Of a stretch of 32,000 nucleotides of DNA, positions 1 through 10,280 are shown piece after piece; the stretch's first letter is position 1, and every line of letters begins with the position of its first letter. Source of the DNA: an uncultured Hyphomicrobiales bacterium (GTDB lineage: Bacteria; Pseudomonadota; Alphaproteobacteria; Rhizobiales; Beijerinckiaceae); assembly GCA_903902915.1 (NCBI GenBank), contig CAIUWR010000039.1, positions 7,594 through 39,593 of the forward strand. Direction: 5' to 3'. The notes beneath the pieces were generated by a model. The model worked only from the letters and a program-made list of their open reading frames with translations, was not told the DNA's origin and made no database searches. A program made the translations under genes and the position numbers.

Positions 1-2
1 AT

Positions 3-254
3 CTGGCGCGCGCCAAGACCCGCCTCATCGCGGACGCCGTCTATGCGCAGGACAATCAGGCCTCGCTGGCCCGCTGGTATGGCGCGGCGCTGACCACGGG
101 CACGAGCGTCGAGGACGTGCGGCAATGGCCCGCGCGGGTGGACGTGGTGACCGCTGAGGACATCAGGCAGGCCTGCCGCCAGTGGCTGGAGCCCCGGCGC
201 GCCGTCACCGGCTTCCTGCTGCCGCTGGCGCCTGTTGACGCGGAAGCGGCCTGA
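3..254 (+). CDS. M16 (pitrilysin/insulinase) family peptidase, C-terminal end only (5' part lies left of the window)
   Basis: Open frame from position 3 to TGA at 252-254. The translation (LARAKTRLIADAVYAQDNQASLARWYGAALTTG...VTAEDIRQACRQWL) resembles the C-terminal helices of M16 peptidases. It sits directly upstream of a second M16 gene, the usual tandem pair. Confidence 0.65.
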   Translation: MARAKTRLIADAVYAQDNQASLARWYGAALTTGTSVEDVRQWPARVDVVTAEDIRQACRQWLEPRRAVTGFLLPLAPVDAEAA

Positions 255-294
255 CCTTTTCTCCAGACGCCCTCAAGGCGCGATTGGACCCGAG

Positions 295-1575
295 ATGACC
301 ATACAGACCCAGAGCCTCCCGGCGTCCCGCGCTGCGAGCGTCCAGAAGGTGACCTCCGCAGGCGGCCTGCAAGCCTGGCTCGTGGAAGACTATGCGGTGC
401 CTTTGGTGGCCTTCGAATTCGCCTTCAAGGGCGGCTGCTCGCAGGACAGCCCGGCCAAGGCGGGCGCGGCCTCCATGCTCTCGGCCCTGCTGGACGAAGG
501 CGCCGGCCCCTATGACGCCGACGCGTTCCACCGGGCCATGGACGACAAGGCGGTGGAGATTTCCTTCTCCGCTGGCCGCGATTCCTTCAACGGCCGCATG
601 AAGACCCTGACGCGCCATCTCGACGCCGCCGCAGGCCTGCTGCGCCTCGCCGTCTGCGAGCCCCGCCTCGACGAGGACGCCATCGAGCGCGTGCGCTCCC
701 AGATGGTCGCCAGCCTGAAGCGCGAGGCCAAGGATCCGGACGCGCTGGCGGGCAAGGCGTGGCGGGAAGCGGCGTTCGGCAGCCATCCCTACGCCCTGCC
801 CTCGCGCGGCGATCTCGAAACGATCCCCGCCATCGCCCGCGACGACCTGATCGCCATGCGCCGGCGCCTGATGGCGCGCGACAATCTCAAGATCGCGGTG
901 GTCGGCGCCATCGACGCTACCCGGCTCGCGCTGTTGCTGGACGAGGTGTTCAGCGCCCTGCCAGCGCACGGCGATCTGGCCGTCATTCCCGATGTGGACA
1001 TGGCGAGCATGGGCGAGCGCAAAATCGTCGATCTCGACGTGCCGCAGTCCACCATCCGCTTCGGCCTGCCGGGCCTTGGGCGCAAGGATCCCGACTTCTG
1101 GGCGGGCGTTGTGATCAATCACATTCTGGGCGGCGGCGTTTTCTCGGCGCGCCTGTTCCGCGAAGTGCGCGAGAAGCGCGGCCTCGCCTATTCCGTGCAT
1201 TCGCAACTGATGACCTATGACCACGCCGCGCTCTTCTCCGGCGGCACCTCCACGAAGAACGAGCGCGCAGGCGAATCCCTGTCCGTCATCGAAGACGAGA
1301 TTCGCAAATTGGCCGAGGACGGCCCGACCGAGGACGAGCTGGACAAGGCGCGTAAATATCTCATCGGCTCCTACGCCCTGCGCTTCGACACATCGACCAA
1401 GATCGCGGGCAACCTGGCGCATCTGCAAGTCGAGGGTTATCCGGTGGAGTTTCTCGATGAGCGCAACAACCACATCGCCGCCGTGACGCTGGAAGACGCC
1501 AAACGGGTGGCGCGGCGCCTGTTCCTCGGCAAGAAGCTGCTGGTGGCGGCTGCGGGACGGCCTGTTGGGATGTGA
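295..1575 (+). CDS. M16 family peptidase (second subunit of a tandem pair)
   Basis: ORF 235..1575. The ATG at 295 (MTIQTQ) avoids overlap with the upstream stop. The sequence is M16-like throughout (LVAFEFAFKGG..., GRMKTL, RGLAYSVHS, GSYALRFDTS). No HxxEH motif was seen, so it is probably the non-catalytic type. Confidence 0.85.
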   Translation: MTIQTQSLPASRAASVQKVTSAGGLQAWLVEDYAVPLVAFEFAFKGGCSQDSPAKAGAASMLSALLDEGAGPYDADAFHRAMDDKAVEISFSAGRDSFNGRMKTLTRHLDAAAGLLRLAVCEPRLDEDAIERVRSQMVASLKREAKDPDALAGKAWREAAFGSHPYALPSRGDLETIPAIARDDLIAMRRRLMARDNLKIAVVGAIDATRLALLLDEVFSALPAHGDLAVIPDVDMASMGERKIVDLDVPQSTIRFGLPGLGRKDPDFWAGVVINHILGGGVFSARLFREVREKRGLAYSVHSQLMTYDHAALFSGGTSTKNERAGESLSVIEDEIRKLAEDGPTEDELDKARKYLIGSYALRFDTSTKIAGNLAHLQVEGYPVEFLDERNNHIAAVTLEDAKRVARRLFLGKKLLVAAAGRPVGM

Positions 1576-1621
1576 AGGTCTGAGCGGGCTCTGCTAGACT
1601 GCGCATCCGAAAGGATTCGGA

Positions 1622-3442
1622 ATGCCCGTTCGCCGCCTAGATCCCATTCTTGTCGACCGCATCGCTGCGGGCGAGGTCGTCGAGCGGCCCGCTTCCGCCG
1701 TGAAGGAGCTGGTCGAGAACGCGCTGGATGCGGGCGCGCGCCGCGTCGAGATCGTGATCGAGCAGGGCGGGCGCAAATTGATCCGCGTGGTCGATGACGG
1801 CGCGGGCATGAGCGCCGCCGATCTCGAACTCGCGGTGGAGCGCCACGCCACCTCCAAGATCCCCGACGGCGATCTGTCCAATATCGCGACGCTGGGCTTT
1901 CGCGGCGAGGCTTTGCCCTCCATCGCCTCGGTCGCCCATGTGGAGATCCACAGCCGCCATGCGGAGTCCTCCCATGGCAGCATGATCCGCGTCGAAGACG
2001 GGCGCAAACGGCCCGTGGCGCCCGCCGCCCATTCGGCGGGCACCCGCATCGAGGTGCGCGACCTCTTCGCCGCCACGCCCGCCCGGCTGAAATTTCTGAA
2101 GACCGACCGCACCGAGGCGCAGGCTGTCGCCGACATCATCAAGCGCCTCGCCATGGCCCATCCGCAGGTGCGTTTCGCCCTGACCGGCGACAATCTTTCG
2201 GGCCTTGAATTTTCCGCCTGCCCGCAAGGCCCCGAGGGGCTGCTGACGCGCATCTCCCAGGTGCTGGGCGCGGAGTTTCGCGACAATGCGCTGGAGGTGA
2301 ACGCCGAGCGCGAGGGCGTGCGCCTCACCGGCTTCGCGGGCCTGCCCACCTACCACCGCGCCAATGCGCAGGCGCAATATTTCTACGTCAACGGGCGGCC
2401 CGTGCGCGACAAGCTGCTGCATGGCGCCCTGCGCGCCGCCTATATGGATTATCTGCCCTCCGACCGGCATCCGGCTTTGGCGCTGTTCGTGCAATGCGAT
2501 CCGCGCATCGTCGATGTGAATGTGCATCCCGCCAAAGCCGAAGTGCGCTTCCGCGATCCCGGCCTCATTCGCGGGCTGATCATCGGCGCGCTGAAGCAGA
2601 CGCTGGGCGAGGCCATGCACCGGGCCACCACGACAGGGGGCTCGCGGACCATCGACACACTCGCCCGCCGCAACTTCGGGTCCGCGCCGCAGTTCGGCGC
2701 TGCGCCCATCCGCCCCGCCGCCAACTGGGATTGGCGCAGCTCCCCCGCAGCGCCAGCGCCTTTCAACGCGGGCCTTGCGGAGGCGGCGCAAGCGGCCTTC
2801 TCGCATATGCCCGCCGCCGACACCCGCGCCCACGAAAGCGCGCCAGCGCCCGACCTGCTGGACAGGCCTCTGGGCGCCGCCCGGGCGCAGGTGCATGACA
2901 CCTATATCCTCGCGCAGACCCGCGACGGCATCGTGCTGGTGGATCAGCACGCGGCCCACGAGCGGCTGGTCTATGAGCGCCTGAAACGCGAACGCGAGGC
3001 CAGCGGCGTCGCCCGGCAATTGCTGCTGATCCCCATCGTGGTCGATCTGGATTCCAGCGAAGTCGACCGCGTGATGGACAATCGCGAAGCGCTGGCGGAC
3101 TTGGGCCTCGTTGTGGAAAGTTTCGGCCCCGGCGCCGTGGCGGTGAGCGAGGTTCCCGCCTTGCTGAAAAGCGGCGACATCGCGCGTCTCGTGCGCGACG
3201 TGGCGGACACGCTGGCGGAAAACGGCTCCGCCACCTCGCTGGAACGCCGCCTCGACCATGTGCTGGCCACCATGGCCTGCCACCATTCCGTGCGCGCAGG
3301 CCGCAGGCTCACCGGCGAGGAGATGAACGCCCTGCTGCGCGAGATGGAGGCGACGCCGGGCTCCGGCCAATGCAACCACGGCCGCCCCACTTATGTGGAG
3401 CTGAAACTGTCGGATGTGGAACGGTTGTTCGGGCGCAAGTGA
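1622..3442 (+). CDS. mutL: DNA mismatch repair protein MutL
   Basis: The N-terminus ([37 protein letters not shown]) is the canonical GHKL ATPase signature of MutL. The C-terminal dimerisation region carries ACHHSVRAG and QCNHGRPT motifs. Confidence 0.97.
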   Translation: MPVRRLDPILVDRIAAGEVVERPASAVKELVENALDAGARRVEIVIEQGGRKLIRVVDDGAGMSAADLELAVERHATSKIPDGDLSNIATLGFRGEALPSIASVAHVEIHSRHAESSHGSMIRVEDGRKRPVAPAAHSAGTRIEVRDLFAATPARLKFLKTDRTEAQAVADIIKRLAMAHPQVRFALTGDNLSGLEFSACPQGPEGLLTRISQVLGAEFRDNALEVNAEREGVRLTGFAGLPTYHRANAQAQYFYVNGRPVRDKLLHGALRAAYMDYLPSDRHPALALFVQCDPRIVDVNVHPAKAEVRFRDPGLIRGLIIGALKQTLGEAMHRATTTGGSRTIDTLARRNFGSAPQFGAAPIRPAANWDWRSSPAAPAPFNAGLAEAAQAAFSHMPAADTRAHESAPAPDLLDRPLGAARAQVHDTYILAQTRDGIVLVDQHAAHERLVYERLKREREASGVARQLLLIPIVVDLDSSEVDRVMDNREALADLGLVVESFGPGAVAVSEVPALLKSGDIARLVRDVADTLAENGSATSLERRLDHVLATMACHHSVRAGRRLTGEEMNALLREMEATPGSGQCNHGRPTYVELKLSDVERLFGRK

Positions 3443-3448
3443 GGGGGC

Positions 3449-5062
3449 CTAAGCCCCCCGCACCCTATCGACCAACCCCAAAACATCCGCAGGCGGCGCA
3501 TCGCCGCGCCAAGCCACGTGGCCATCGGGGCGCACCAGCACCAGCGCCTTTTCATAAAGCTGCGTCACCGCGGGCTCGTCCAATTCCACCACGCTCAAGG
3601 GCACATGGCGCGTCGCGGCGGCGTCCACCAGCGTGCGGGGGTCGGGCGCATTCTTGCCCAGCCGCAACAGCACGAAACCCTTGCCGAAAAGATCGAGCGT
3701 GGAACGGCCATCGGCGAGCCAGACATGGGGCGCGCGGGCCCCCGCGTGGGAGGACTGCACATAGTTGGCGGGATCGAAGGGCGGCGGGGTCGTGTCGTCG
3801 GGCACGCAGATGGGCGAGCCGTCGTAGCGATAGCCGAGCTGGATGCCCAGCGTGAACCACTCATGGCTCATGCGCTCGGTGTACCAATCGCCATAGGCCT
3901 TGCGCGCGGCGTCGCCATTCGGGCCGGGCGTGAAGATCTCAGCCGGGGGCTTGCGGGTGCGGGTCTCCAGCATGCGCGCCAGATTGCGCGCGGCCTCCGC
4001 CACATTGCGCGCGGCGACGGGCTTGCGCTCGATCTCGTAGCTGGCGAGCAGATTCGGCCCACCCCAACCGCGCACGCAGGCTTCCAGCTTCCACGCGATG
4101 TCCACCGATTCCTGCAAGCCGGTGTTCATGCCGAAGGCGCCGGTGGGCGATAATTGATGGGCGGAATCGCCCACCAGAAACACGCGGTTCGAGCCATAGC
4201 TGTCGGCGACCAATTCGCGCCGCGTCCAGGGCATGGTGGAGACGATCTCGATCTCGCAATCGCGCCCCACGGCGCGGCGCACGGCGGCGGTCAGCTCCTC
4301 GTCGCTCAAGGGGCGTTTGTCGCGGCCGCCCACCAGCGAGAAGCGGAAATGATCGCGCCCGTCGATGGCCACCAGCGTGGCCCAGGTGCCCTCGTCATCG
4401 ACGAAGATGTAGCGATAGGCCAGCGGCACATCCTGCACGCTTTCCAGATCGCGCGAGCGGAACACGACATTCGTGGTATAGGTGAGCACGGGATTGCCGG
4501 TCATGCCGATGCCCAGCTTCTCGCGCACGAATGAGCCCGCGCCATCGCAGCCGATGAGATATTGCGCGCGCACCTCCTGCGTCTCGCCGGAGGTCAGATC
4601 GCGGATGATCGCGGTGACGCCTTTCTCGTCCTGCGTGAAGTCGACGATTTCGGTCTGGTAGCGAAGCTCCGTCTGCGGAAACCTGCGCACGAAACGCGCC
4701 AGCGCGGGATCAAAGAAGTTTTGCGGCGCGCGCTCGCGCTTTTGCGGCGACTGCGGCGGGCAGGCCTCTTCAATGCAATTGGGGAAAGGCTCGCGGCCAA
4801 GTTCATAGCCGCCCGCCAGCGCCGTCACCCAGACATTGTCCTGCACATGGGCGCGGTTGTAGCCGCTGGTCTCGATCTCGTTCACGATGCCCCAGCGGCG
4901 GCAGAATTCCATGGTGCGCACCAGCACCATATCCATCTTCGGCTGGCGCACCGCGCCATCGGAGCGTTCGATCAAAAGGGAAGGCAATCCGCGCCACCCC
5001 AGATCGCCAGCGACCGCGAGGCCCACAGGGCCGCCGCCAACGATGATTACCGGCGTTTCCAT
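3449..5062 (-). CDS. FAD-dependent (class A flavoprotein) monooxygenase, PheA/TfdB-like
   Basis: GxGxxG Rossmann motif (VIIVGGGPVGLAVAGDL) and GDSAHQLSPTGAFGMNTGLQESVDIAWKL (GD..H / G-N motif). The ATG at 5062 has GGAAGGG 6 nt upstream. The ORF could also start at a GTG at 5077. Confidence 0.85.
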   Translation of the reverse strand: METPVIIVGGGPVGLAVAGDLGWRGLPSLLIERSDGAVRQPKMDMVLVRTMEFCRRWGIVNEIETSGYNRAHVQDNVWVTALAGGYELGREPFPNCIEEACPPQSPQKRERAPQNFFDPALARFVRRFPQTELRYQTEIVDFTQDEKGVTAIIRDLTSGETQEVRAQYLIGCDGAGSFVREKLGIGMTGNPVLTYTTNVVFRSRDLESVQDVPLAYRYIFVDDEGTWATLVAIDGRDHFRFSLVGGRDKRPLSDEELTAAVRRAVGRDCEIEIVSTMPWTRRELVADSYGSNRVFLVGDSAHQLSPTGAFGMNTGLQESVDIAWKLEACVRGWGGPNLLASYEIERKPVAARNVAEAARNLARMLETRTRKPPAEIFTPGPNGDAARKAYGDWYTERMSHEWFTLGIQLGYRYDGSPICVPDDTTPPPFDPANYVQSSHAGARAPHVWLADGRSTLDLFGKGFVLLRLGKNAPDPRTLVDAAATRHVPLSVVELDEPAVTQLYEKALVLVRPDGHVAWRGDAPPADVLGLVDRVRGA

Positions 5063-5170
5063 GCCAATCCCTTCCACTGCGCAGCCAGGTGCGAGCCGGG
5101 CCGCTTCTCGCGCGCATCTCTAGCAAGAAACGCAAGCTTGACGCCAGAGCGTCGATGAAGGGAGAGGCGT

Positions 5171-5533
5171 CTAGACTTTCGTCATTTCCGACAGGGTGGC
5201 GATGAGGCGGCGAAACCGCGCCTGATCGTCAATTTCGATCAGGCAACTCAACTCGGTCTCTCCGGCCCGCAGGAAAACCACGATGGAGGCGTCGCCCATC
5301 AACACATCCACGATCTCGACCTTGTCGAACCTGCCCCGCTCAAGGCATAGGCGTTGCAATACGTTCAGCTTGCCGCAGGTGAGGCCCGCTGCGTCCACCG
5401 GCTCGGTATAGGGCGAGGCGAAGACGACATCCTCGGCGAGCGAGCCCGCAAGGCCGACGATATCGGCGCTGCTCCAGGCGTCAAGCAGGGCGCCCAGCCG
5501 AAGCTTCACCTGCGCTTTGGTTTCATGCAACAT
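5171..5533 (-). CDS. small hypothetical protein, possibly NTF2/SnoaL-like
   Basis: The 241-aa ORF is plausibly coding only from the internal ATG at 5533 (MLHETKAQVKLRLGALLDAWSS...). The upstream part is Arg/Ala-rich and overlaps the regulatory region of the divergent gene. The fold guess is from size and pattern only. Confidence 0.4.
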   Translation of the reverse strand: MLHETKAQVKLRLGALLDAWSSADIVGLAGSLAEDVVFASPYTEPVDAAGLTCGKLNVLQRLCLERGRFDKVEIVDVLMGDASIVVFLRAGETELSCLIEIDDQARFRRLIATLSEMTKV

Positions 5534-5701
5534 GACGCGCACTCCTCGCCCACGCGGACATGCCGCCCCGCAGGCTTCCCCTATCTGACGCTGCGTCGGC
5601 GGTCGGCAACCGGAGCGGGCGATGCAAGCCGCAAAAAGGTATGGCGCCGCGTGCAGCGCTAGCGCATACTCTGCCTCAAAATGTCCGGAAAAGGTGACAT
5701 C

Positions 5702-6751
5702 ATGAGGGATCAAGGGAAACGCTCGGCTCTTTTGCGCGCCTGCATGGCCGCGCTTCCGATGCTGGCCGCATGGGGCGCGAGCGCGCAAGCGGCGGACTTC
5801 TATGCAGGCAAGCAGATCATCATGCTGGTGGGCAGCGGGGTTGGCGGCGGCTATGACAATTATGCGCGATTGTTCGCGCGCTTTCTGCCCAGACATATTC
5901 CCGGCAATCCCAATGTCATCGTGCAGAACATGCCTGCGGCGGGCAGTCTGGTGGCGATGAACACGCTCGCCAATTCAGCCCCGCGCGATGGCACGACCAT
6001 TGGCGCCGTGCAGACCCATATCGGCGTGGAGCCCTTGATGGGCGTCACAGGCCCGACCTCCAACGCCAAATATGACGCGCGCCAGATGAACTGGCTGTTC
6101 AGCGCGTCCCGGGAAGTGCCCGTGGTGGTGGCCTGGCACACGGCGCCGATCAAAAATTTCAAGGATCTGACAAAGCGGGAAATGCTTGTCGGCTCGAGCG
6201 GCGTGGCGACCTCGGACAGCGTCTATCCGCGCGTGATGAACGCATTGCTGGACACCAAATTCAAGATCATCGACGGCTACAAGGACAACCCGCAGATGCT
6301 GCTGGCCACCGAAAGCGGCGAGCTCATGGGCCGCGCTGGCTGGTTCGTGTCCAGCCTGCTGTCCACGCAGGCCACAGAACTCGAACAGGGCAAGCATCGC
6401 GTCATCGTGCAAGTGGCGCTGGCGAAACATCCGAAGTTTCCTGACGTGCCGCTGGTCACCGAATTCCTCAAAGACCCTGTCAAACTGGAACAGCTGCGCT
6501 TCGCGCTCAGCTGGCTGCCCATGGGCCGCCCCTTCGTCGCGCCCCCAGGCGTGCCGCCGGAGCGCGTGAAGATCTTGCGCGACGCCTTCCAGAACGCCTC
6601 GCGGGATCCTGAACTTCTGGCGGAAGCGGAAAAGATGAATCTCGAAATCAGCCCGCTCACCGGGGATGAGGTGCAAAGCCTGATCGCACAGCTCTACGCC
6701 ACGCCGCCTTCCGTGATCGAGAAGGTGCGCGACATCATGGTGGCCAAGTAA
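5702..6751 (+). CDS. periplasmic substrate-binding protein, Bug/TctC (tripartite tricarboxylate transporter receptor)-like
   Basis: Signal peptide (ALLRACMAALPMLAAWGASAQA) followed by GKQIIMLVGSGVGGGYDNYARLFARFLPRHIPGNPNVIVQNMPAAGS, which resembles the Bug-family N-terminal core. The start at 5702 or 5681 is uncertain. Confidence 0.65.
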   Translation: MRDQGKRSALLRACMAALPMLAAWGASAQAADFYAGKQIIMLVGSGVGGGYDNYARLFARFLPRHIPGNPNVIVQNMPAAGSLVAMNTLANSAPRDGTTIGAVQTHIGVEPLMGVTGPTSNAKYDARQMNWLFSASREVPVVVAWHTAPIKNFKDLTKREMLVGSSGVATSDSVYPRVMNALLDTKFKIIDGYKDNPQMLLATESGELMGRAGWFVSSLLSTQATELEQGKHRVIVQVALAKHPKFPDVPLVTEFLKDPVKLEQLRFALSWLPMGRPFVAPPGVPPERVKILRDAFQNASRDPELLAEAEKMNLEISPLTGDEVQSLIAQLYATPPSVIEKVRDIMVAK

Positions 6752-6859
6752 GCGAAACGCCTGCGCCAGAGAGCGATGAGATCATGCGCCATCGCCACTG
6801 AAGTGGAACCAACAAGGTTTTCATTCGTTCCCGCTGCACCGCTCATGAGGTGATGCTGC

Positions 6860-7450
6860 GTGTCTGAAGGCTCCTCCCGCCTCTCCATCACCGCCGCCGT
6901 CACGGCGCTGGCAATAGTGACGCCATGGTCTGGCGACGATGTCGCACGGGCGCAATTCTTTCCAGGTTTTGGAGCGCCCCAGCAAATCAATACGCCGCGA
7001 GGGGCCTTTCAGCTGGCGCCCGGCTGGCGCGTCGCCACAACGCCGATCCGCACAAGCCAGGGCTATCGCGTGGCGGTGCGCAGCGACGCCGGCGAACAAC
7101 GCAACATGCTGATCGGCAACAATGGGGCGCTGGCCGTCGGCCGCGCTTACGAACCGACGGCGGCGCGCCCCCGCCCGCGCGCCTCGCAATTCATCGAACG
7201 GGCGCCGCGACGAGTCGAGGCGCCCAAGCCGAAGGTCAAATTTGCAGCGATCCGGCCCGCGTCAAAGCCGACGATTGCAGCGCCGGCCCATCCAAAAGCT
7301 GCGCCGGCCAATTTCATCAGTCGCCCCTCCCCAACCGCACAGCCGACGCCGCTCCCCAAAGACACAAGTCCAAAGTTGCAACCGCCTACGCCAATTGGTC
7401 CCCAGGCGCCCGGTTACGCCCATGGCGTACCCATTAATCCACTCGATTGA
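6860..7450 (+). CDS. Pro/Ala-rich hypothetical exported protein
   Basis: GTG start with GAGGTG upstream and a hydrophobic N-terminus (LSITAAVTALAIVTPW). The C-terminal half is low-complexity and proline-rich. There is no recognisable family. Confidence 0.4.
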   Translation: MSEGSSRLSITAAVTALAIVTPWSGDDVARAQFFPGFGAPQQINTPRGAFQLAPGWRVATTPIRTSQGYRVAVRSDAGEQRNMLIGNNGALAVGRAYEPTAARPRPRASQFIERAPRRVEAPKPKVKFAAIRPASKPTIAAPAHPKAAPANFISRPSPTAQPTPLPKDTSPKLQPPTPIGPQAPGYAHGVPINPLD

Positions 7451-7540
7451 TCCTCCACATTACAGACGCCGACGCATTGCGGCGCGCCCGTCAAAACGTG
7501 AAACTAGCGCATCGTTCTGATCAGCACCCAGGAGGCCTTC

Positions 7541-8101
7541 GTGTCCGCCATGCAAAAGGAAAACTATAACGGAGCGAACGATCGCCAGATGGATGGCGCG
7601 CCCGCGCCCCAACAAACGCGCATGACATTCCGCAAAACCGAGGCGTCATGCTTCGCTGCGATTCAATCCTCACCTGAGCCGCTTTCCATCGTTTACCTCG
7701 ATGAACTGCGCCTGACCCGCGATTGCCTGACGGAGCTCATTCAGGAACACTGTCCGACCATGAATGTCACGAGCATGCCGCCCGCCGATTACGCCGCTGA
7801 ATGCGTGGCGCCGCATGCAAGCCTGATCATTTTTCATCTGCACGGCGCCTCTATTGGAGCCGCCGTCAGCATGCTGAAATTCGCCGCGCCATCCAGAAAA
7901 ACGCCGATCCTGTTTATCACTCCGCGCGAAGCGCGCAGCGAAACCGTTCATGCGGTCGAACATGACGCCGCAGGGATCGTTCATTCCGATTGCAGCATCG
8001 AACTTCTGGTGGCCGCCATCCATCTCATCATCGCAGGCGGGCGCTACTATCCCGCCGACTCGATCACCACGTCCGCGACGATGACCAAAGACATCGTCTG
8101 A
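7541..8101 (+). CDS. receiver-like (CheY-fold-like) protein without an output domain, paralogous to the N-terminus of the next gene
   Basis: GTG start with AGGAGG upstream. The alternating beta/alpha pattern (LSIVYLD..., SLIIFHLHG, PILFITPRE, GIVHSDCSIELLVAAIHLIIAGGRYYP) parallels GIITADSTIDITVAALRFALAGGAFAP in the downstream LuxR protein. Confidence 0.5.
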   Translation: MSAMQKENYNGANDRQMDGAPAPQQTRMTFRKTEASCFAAIQSSPEPLSIVYLDELRLTRDCLTELIQEHCPTMNVTSMPPADYAAECVAPHASLIIFHLHGASIGAAVSMLKFAAPSRKTPILFITPREARSETVHAVEHDAAGIVHSDCSIELLVAAIHLIIAGGRYYPADSITTSATMTKDIV

Positions 8102-8125
8102 AACAAACGAACGAAGGAGCGCTCC

Positions 8126-8863
8126 GTGACCGCACCAACGCCAGAACCGGAAGATAACGACGTCCGAAAATTCTTCGTCGCCTATCATCAGCCATCCCTG
8201 CTCCTTCATGCCCTGCGCAACGCAATTCCGAAGCGGGCGCCGGATTTGAATCTTCTATCCACTGCGGCCATAGATCCTGCGACGACGCCTGTCGATATGA
8301 TCCTGCTCACCATTTGCGACGAAACGATGGATCTGGACGCGCTTTTGAAGCCCTTCGAACCCATCAGGTCGGCGCAGCCCCAGGTTCCCGTCGTGGCCGT
8401 CCTGTCCGCCTGCAATTCGTCTGACGCGGCGATCCTGATCGAGCGCAACGTCAAAGGCATCATCACCGCCGACAGCACGATCGACATCACCGTCGCGGCT
8501 TTACGTTTTGCGCTGGCGGGCGGCGCATTCGCGCCTCCAAAACTTGTGCACCTTGAACCACAGGCGCAACAGACGGTCGCAACCGTGAAAACGCTACGCG
8601 CAGAAACGCTGGAGCTCACGACGCATAACGAGACCTCATTCACGCCCCGCGAAATCGAAGTGCTTCATCGCCTGCGTCAGGGATTGCAAAACAAGATCAT
8701 CGCCTATGAGCTCGGCATTTCCGAGAGCACGGTGAAGGTGCATCTGCGCAATGTGATGAAAAAACTGCACGCCTCCAACCGCACGCAGGTCGCCTTCATG
8801 CTGCGACGCTTGCCGCATCTGAATGTGAATGGCGCGACGAGCCGCGAATATACGCCGCAATAG
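8126..8863 (+). CDS. LuxR/FixJ-family transcriptional regulator with an atypical receiver-like N-terminal domain
   Basis: The C-terminal region (FTPREIEVLHRLRQGLQNKIIAYELGISESTVKVHLRNVMKKLHASNRTQ) is a canonical LuxR-type HTH. GTG start with GAAGGAG upstream. Confidence 0.85.
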   Translation: MTAPTPEPEDNDVRKFFVAYHQPSLLLHALRNAIPKRAPDLNLLSTAAIDPATTPVDMILLTICDETMDLDALLKPFEPIRSAQPQVPVVAVLSACNSSDAAILIERNVKGIITADSTIDITVAALRFALAGGAFAPPKLVHLEPQAQQTVATVKTLRAETLELTTHNETSFTPREIEVLHRLRQGLQNKIIAYELGISESTVKVHLRNVMKKLHASNRTQVAFMLRRLPHLNVNGATSREYTPQ

Positions 8864-8911
8864 CGATGGCGCGAGGGATGCGGGCGACGGACCGTCGCCC
8901 CTCCAGGCGTC

Positions 8912-10066
8912 CTAGACGCCATGTTGCGCCATCACCGCCCAGGGTCGCGCGGCGAAGGCGTTGTCGAGAATGGGAACGGCGCCGCTCATCAGGCGGTGGG
9001 CCATGAGCGGCTGGGGCGCAGGCGCGTCCTGCGCGATCGCGGGGGGCGCGAGAGGAACGTTCCAAGCGACCGGCTTTGGCGGAACATGCGCTGGAGTCAC
9101 GATCACGTCGCGGCCCGCATAGGCCAGAGCTTCCGGGCGGCTGACGTCGCCAAGGTTCACCCCCGCTTTCGTCATGGCCATGAAGATCGCATGTTGTCCG
9201 CCATCGGCATAGGTGGTGCGGATCGAGGCGCCGCCCTGTTTCACCAGCGCCGCGCTGCGCGCCTCCTCCTGCGCATGATAATCCCGCGCGATCTGCTCAA
9301 GCTCCGGCGTTTGATCATGGAAGACGTAGCGGGCGCCCACCACGCTCACGCGCGGCTCCTGCCCGGTGGCTTCGAAATGATCGGCGCCTTCTTTCAATTG
9401 GCGCCAGAAATCAATGTTCGGATCGGCGCGATAGTTCGCCATGTTCTGCGCGCTCATGCGGAACGGATAGGCCTGCATCTGAAAGGCGCCCTGCCCCGCC
9501 GCCAGCGCATCGCGCGCCAGCGCGTAGATCTCGCCGATTTGGCCATTGGTCATGGCGTAGCAGCCCGCTGACGAACAGATGCCGTGCACCATCAGGGCCG
9601 AGCCCGATGCGCCGTGGGCGCGGTCGTAGGCGTTGGGATAGCCGGTGTCGAACGACAGATAATACGCGGAGTTGGGATTCATCTGCCGGGGCGTGATGGC
9701 GTAGAAGCCCTCGGGCGATTGGCGGTCCCCCTGCCGTCGCTTGGGGCCAAGCTGGCCGGACCAGCGGCAGATCGGGAAGCTCTTGAGCAAAGCGTAGCGC
9801 CCTTCGCGCGTCTGTTTCCAGACCTCCAGCACCGATTCCTTCTTGTAGCTGCGCACGAGAATCGGCGCGCCCGGCGCCATGTTCTTCTGCGCCATCAGGG
9901 CCAGGGTGGCTGCGGGCGCAGGCGCCTCGCCCTTGCTTGTGGCCAGGGCGGGCGAGGCCAGAACGCAAACGAGCGCGCCCGCGCCAAACAGGCGGCGCAG
10001 GCTTTGGCTTTGATGCGCGGCTTGGCCGCGTGGCGGGAAAAGTCTCATAGCCTCGACATTCGACAT
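8912..10066 (-). CDS. L,D-transpeptidase family protein (YafK/YkuD-like)
   Basis: PEGFYAIT...YLSFDTGYPNAYDR...SALMVHGICSSAGCYAM matches the YkuD catalytic His...Cys motif as found in YafK-like proteins. It has an N-terminal signal-like segment. Confidence 0.85.
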   Translation of the reverse strand: MSNVEAMRLFPPRGQAAHQSQSLRRLFGAGALVCVLASPALATSKGEAPAPAATLALMAQKNMAPGAPILVRSYKKESVLEVWKQTREGRYALLKSFPICRWSGQLGPKRRQGDRQSPEGFYAITPRQMNPNSAYYLSFDTGYPNAYDRAHGASGSALMVHGICSSAGCYAMTNGQIGEIYALARDALAAGQGAFQMQAYPFRMSAQNMANYRADPNIDFWRQLKEGADHFEATGQEPRVSVVGARYVFHDQTPELEQIARDYHAQEEARSAALVKQGGASIRTTYADGGQHAIFMAMTKAGVNLGDVSRPEALAYAGRDVIVTPAHVPPKPVAWNVPLAPPAIAQDAPAPQPLMAHRLMSGAVPILDNAFAARPWAVMAQHGV

Positions 10067-10280
10067 GCAGGGTCAGGCTTAGGCGCGACCTGTGGCGAGA
10101 TTCGGCCAGAAGCGGGGCGCTGGCCCGTCACGGCGCCGCGCCGCCGCTTGGTTGAGCGAATCTTTGGCGCGTCCGGCCTGATTTAGAACGGCTCAAATGG
10201 AGCCGCGATTGCTTGACGTAGCGGGTCTTCGATCGCACAACAAACCATGCGATGCGCTCTGCGTCGGCTTGGAGAAACTC

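Noticed and set aside
205-1473. 422-aa ORF on the minus strand, antisense to the M16 peptidase gene
   Set aside because: It is a typical GC-rich shadow ORF with Ala/Arg/Gly-dominated translation and no motifs. The plus-strand frame has clear family signatures.
1637-3379. 580-aa minus-strand ORF covering almost all of mutL
   Set aside because: It is antisense to an unambiguous mutL. Its composition is that of a high-GC mirror frame.
5534-5896. Upstream 121 codons of the 241-aa minus-strand ORF
   Set aside because: Its translation is Arg/Ala/Cys-rich and runs through the start region of the divergent binding-protein gene. Only the part from the ATG at 5533 looks protein-like.
10182-10198. Irr/ICE-like iron-control element (TTTAGAA-CGG-CTCAAAT) upstream of ftrA
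   Set aside because: Only the left half-site matches the TTTAGAA-N3-TTCTAAA consensus, and the right half matches 4 of 7. The taxon, and hence the presence of Irr, is unknown. This is too weak to call.
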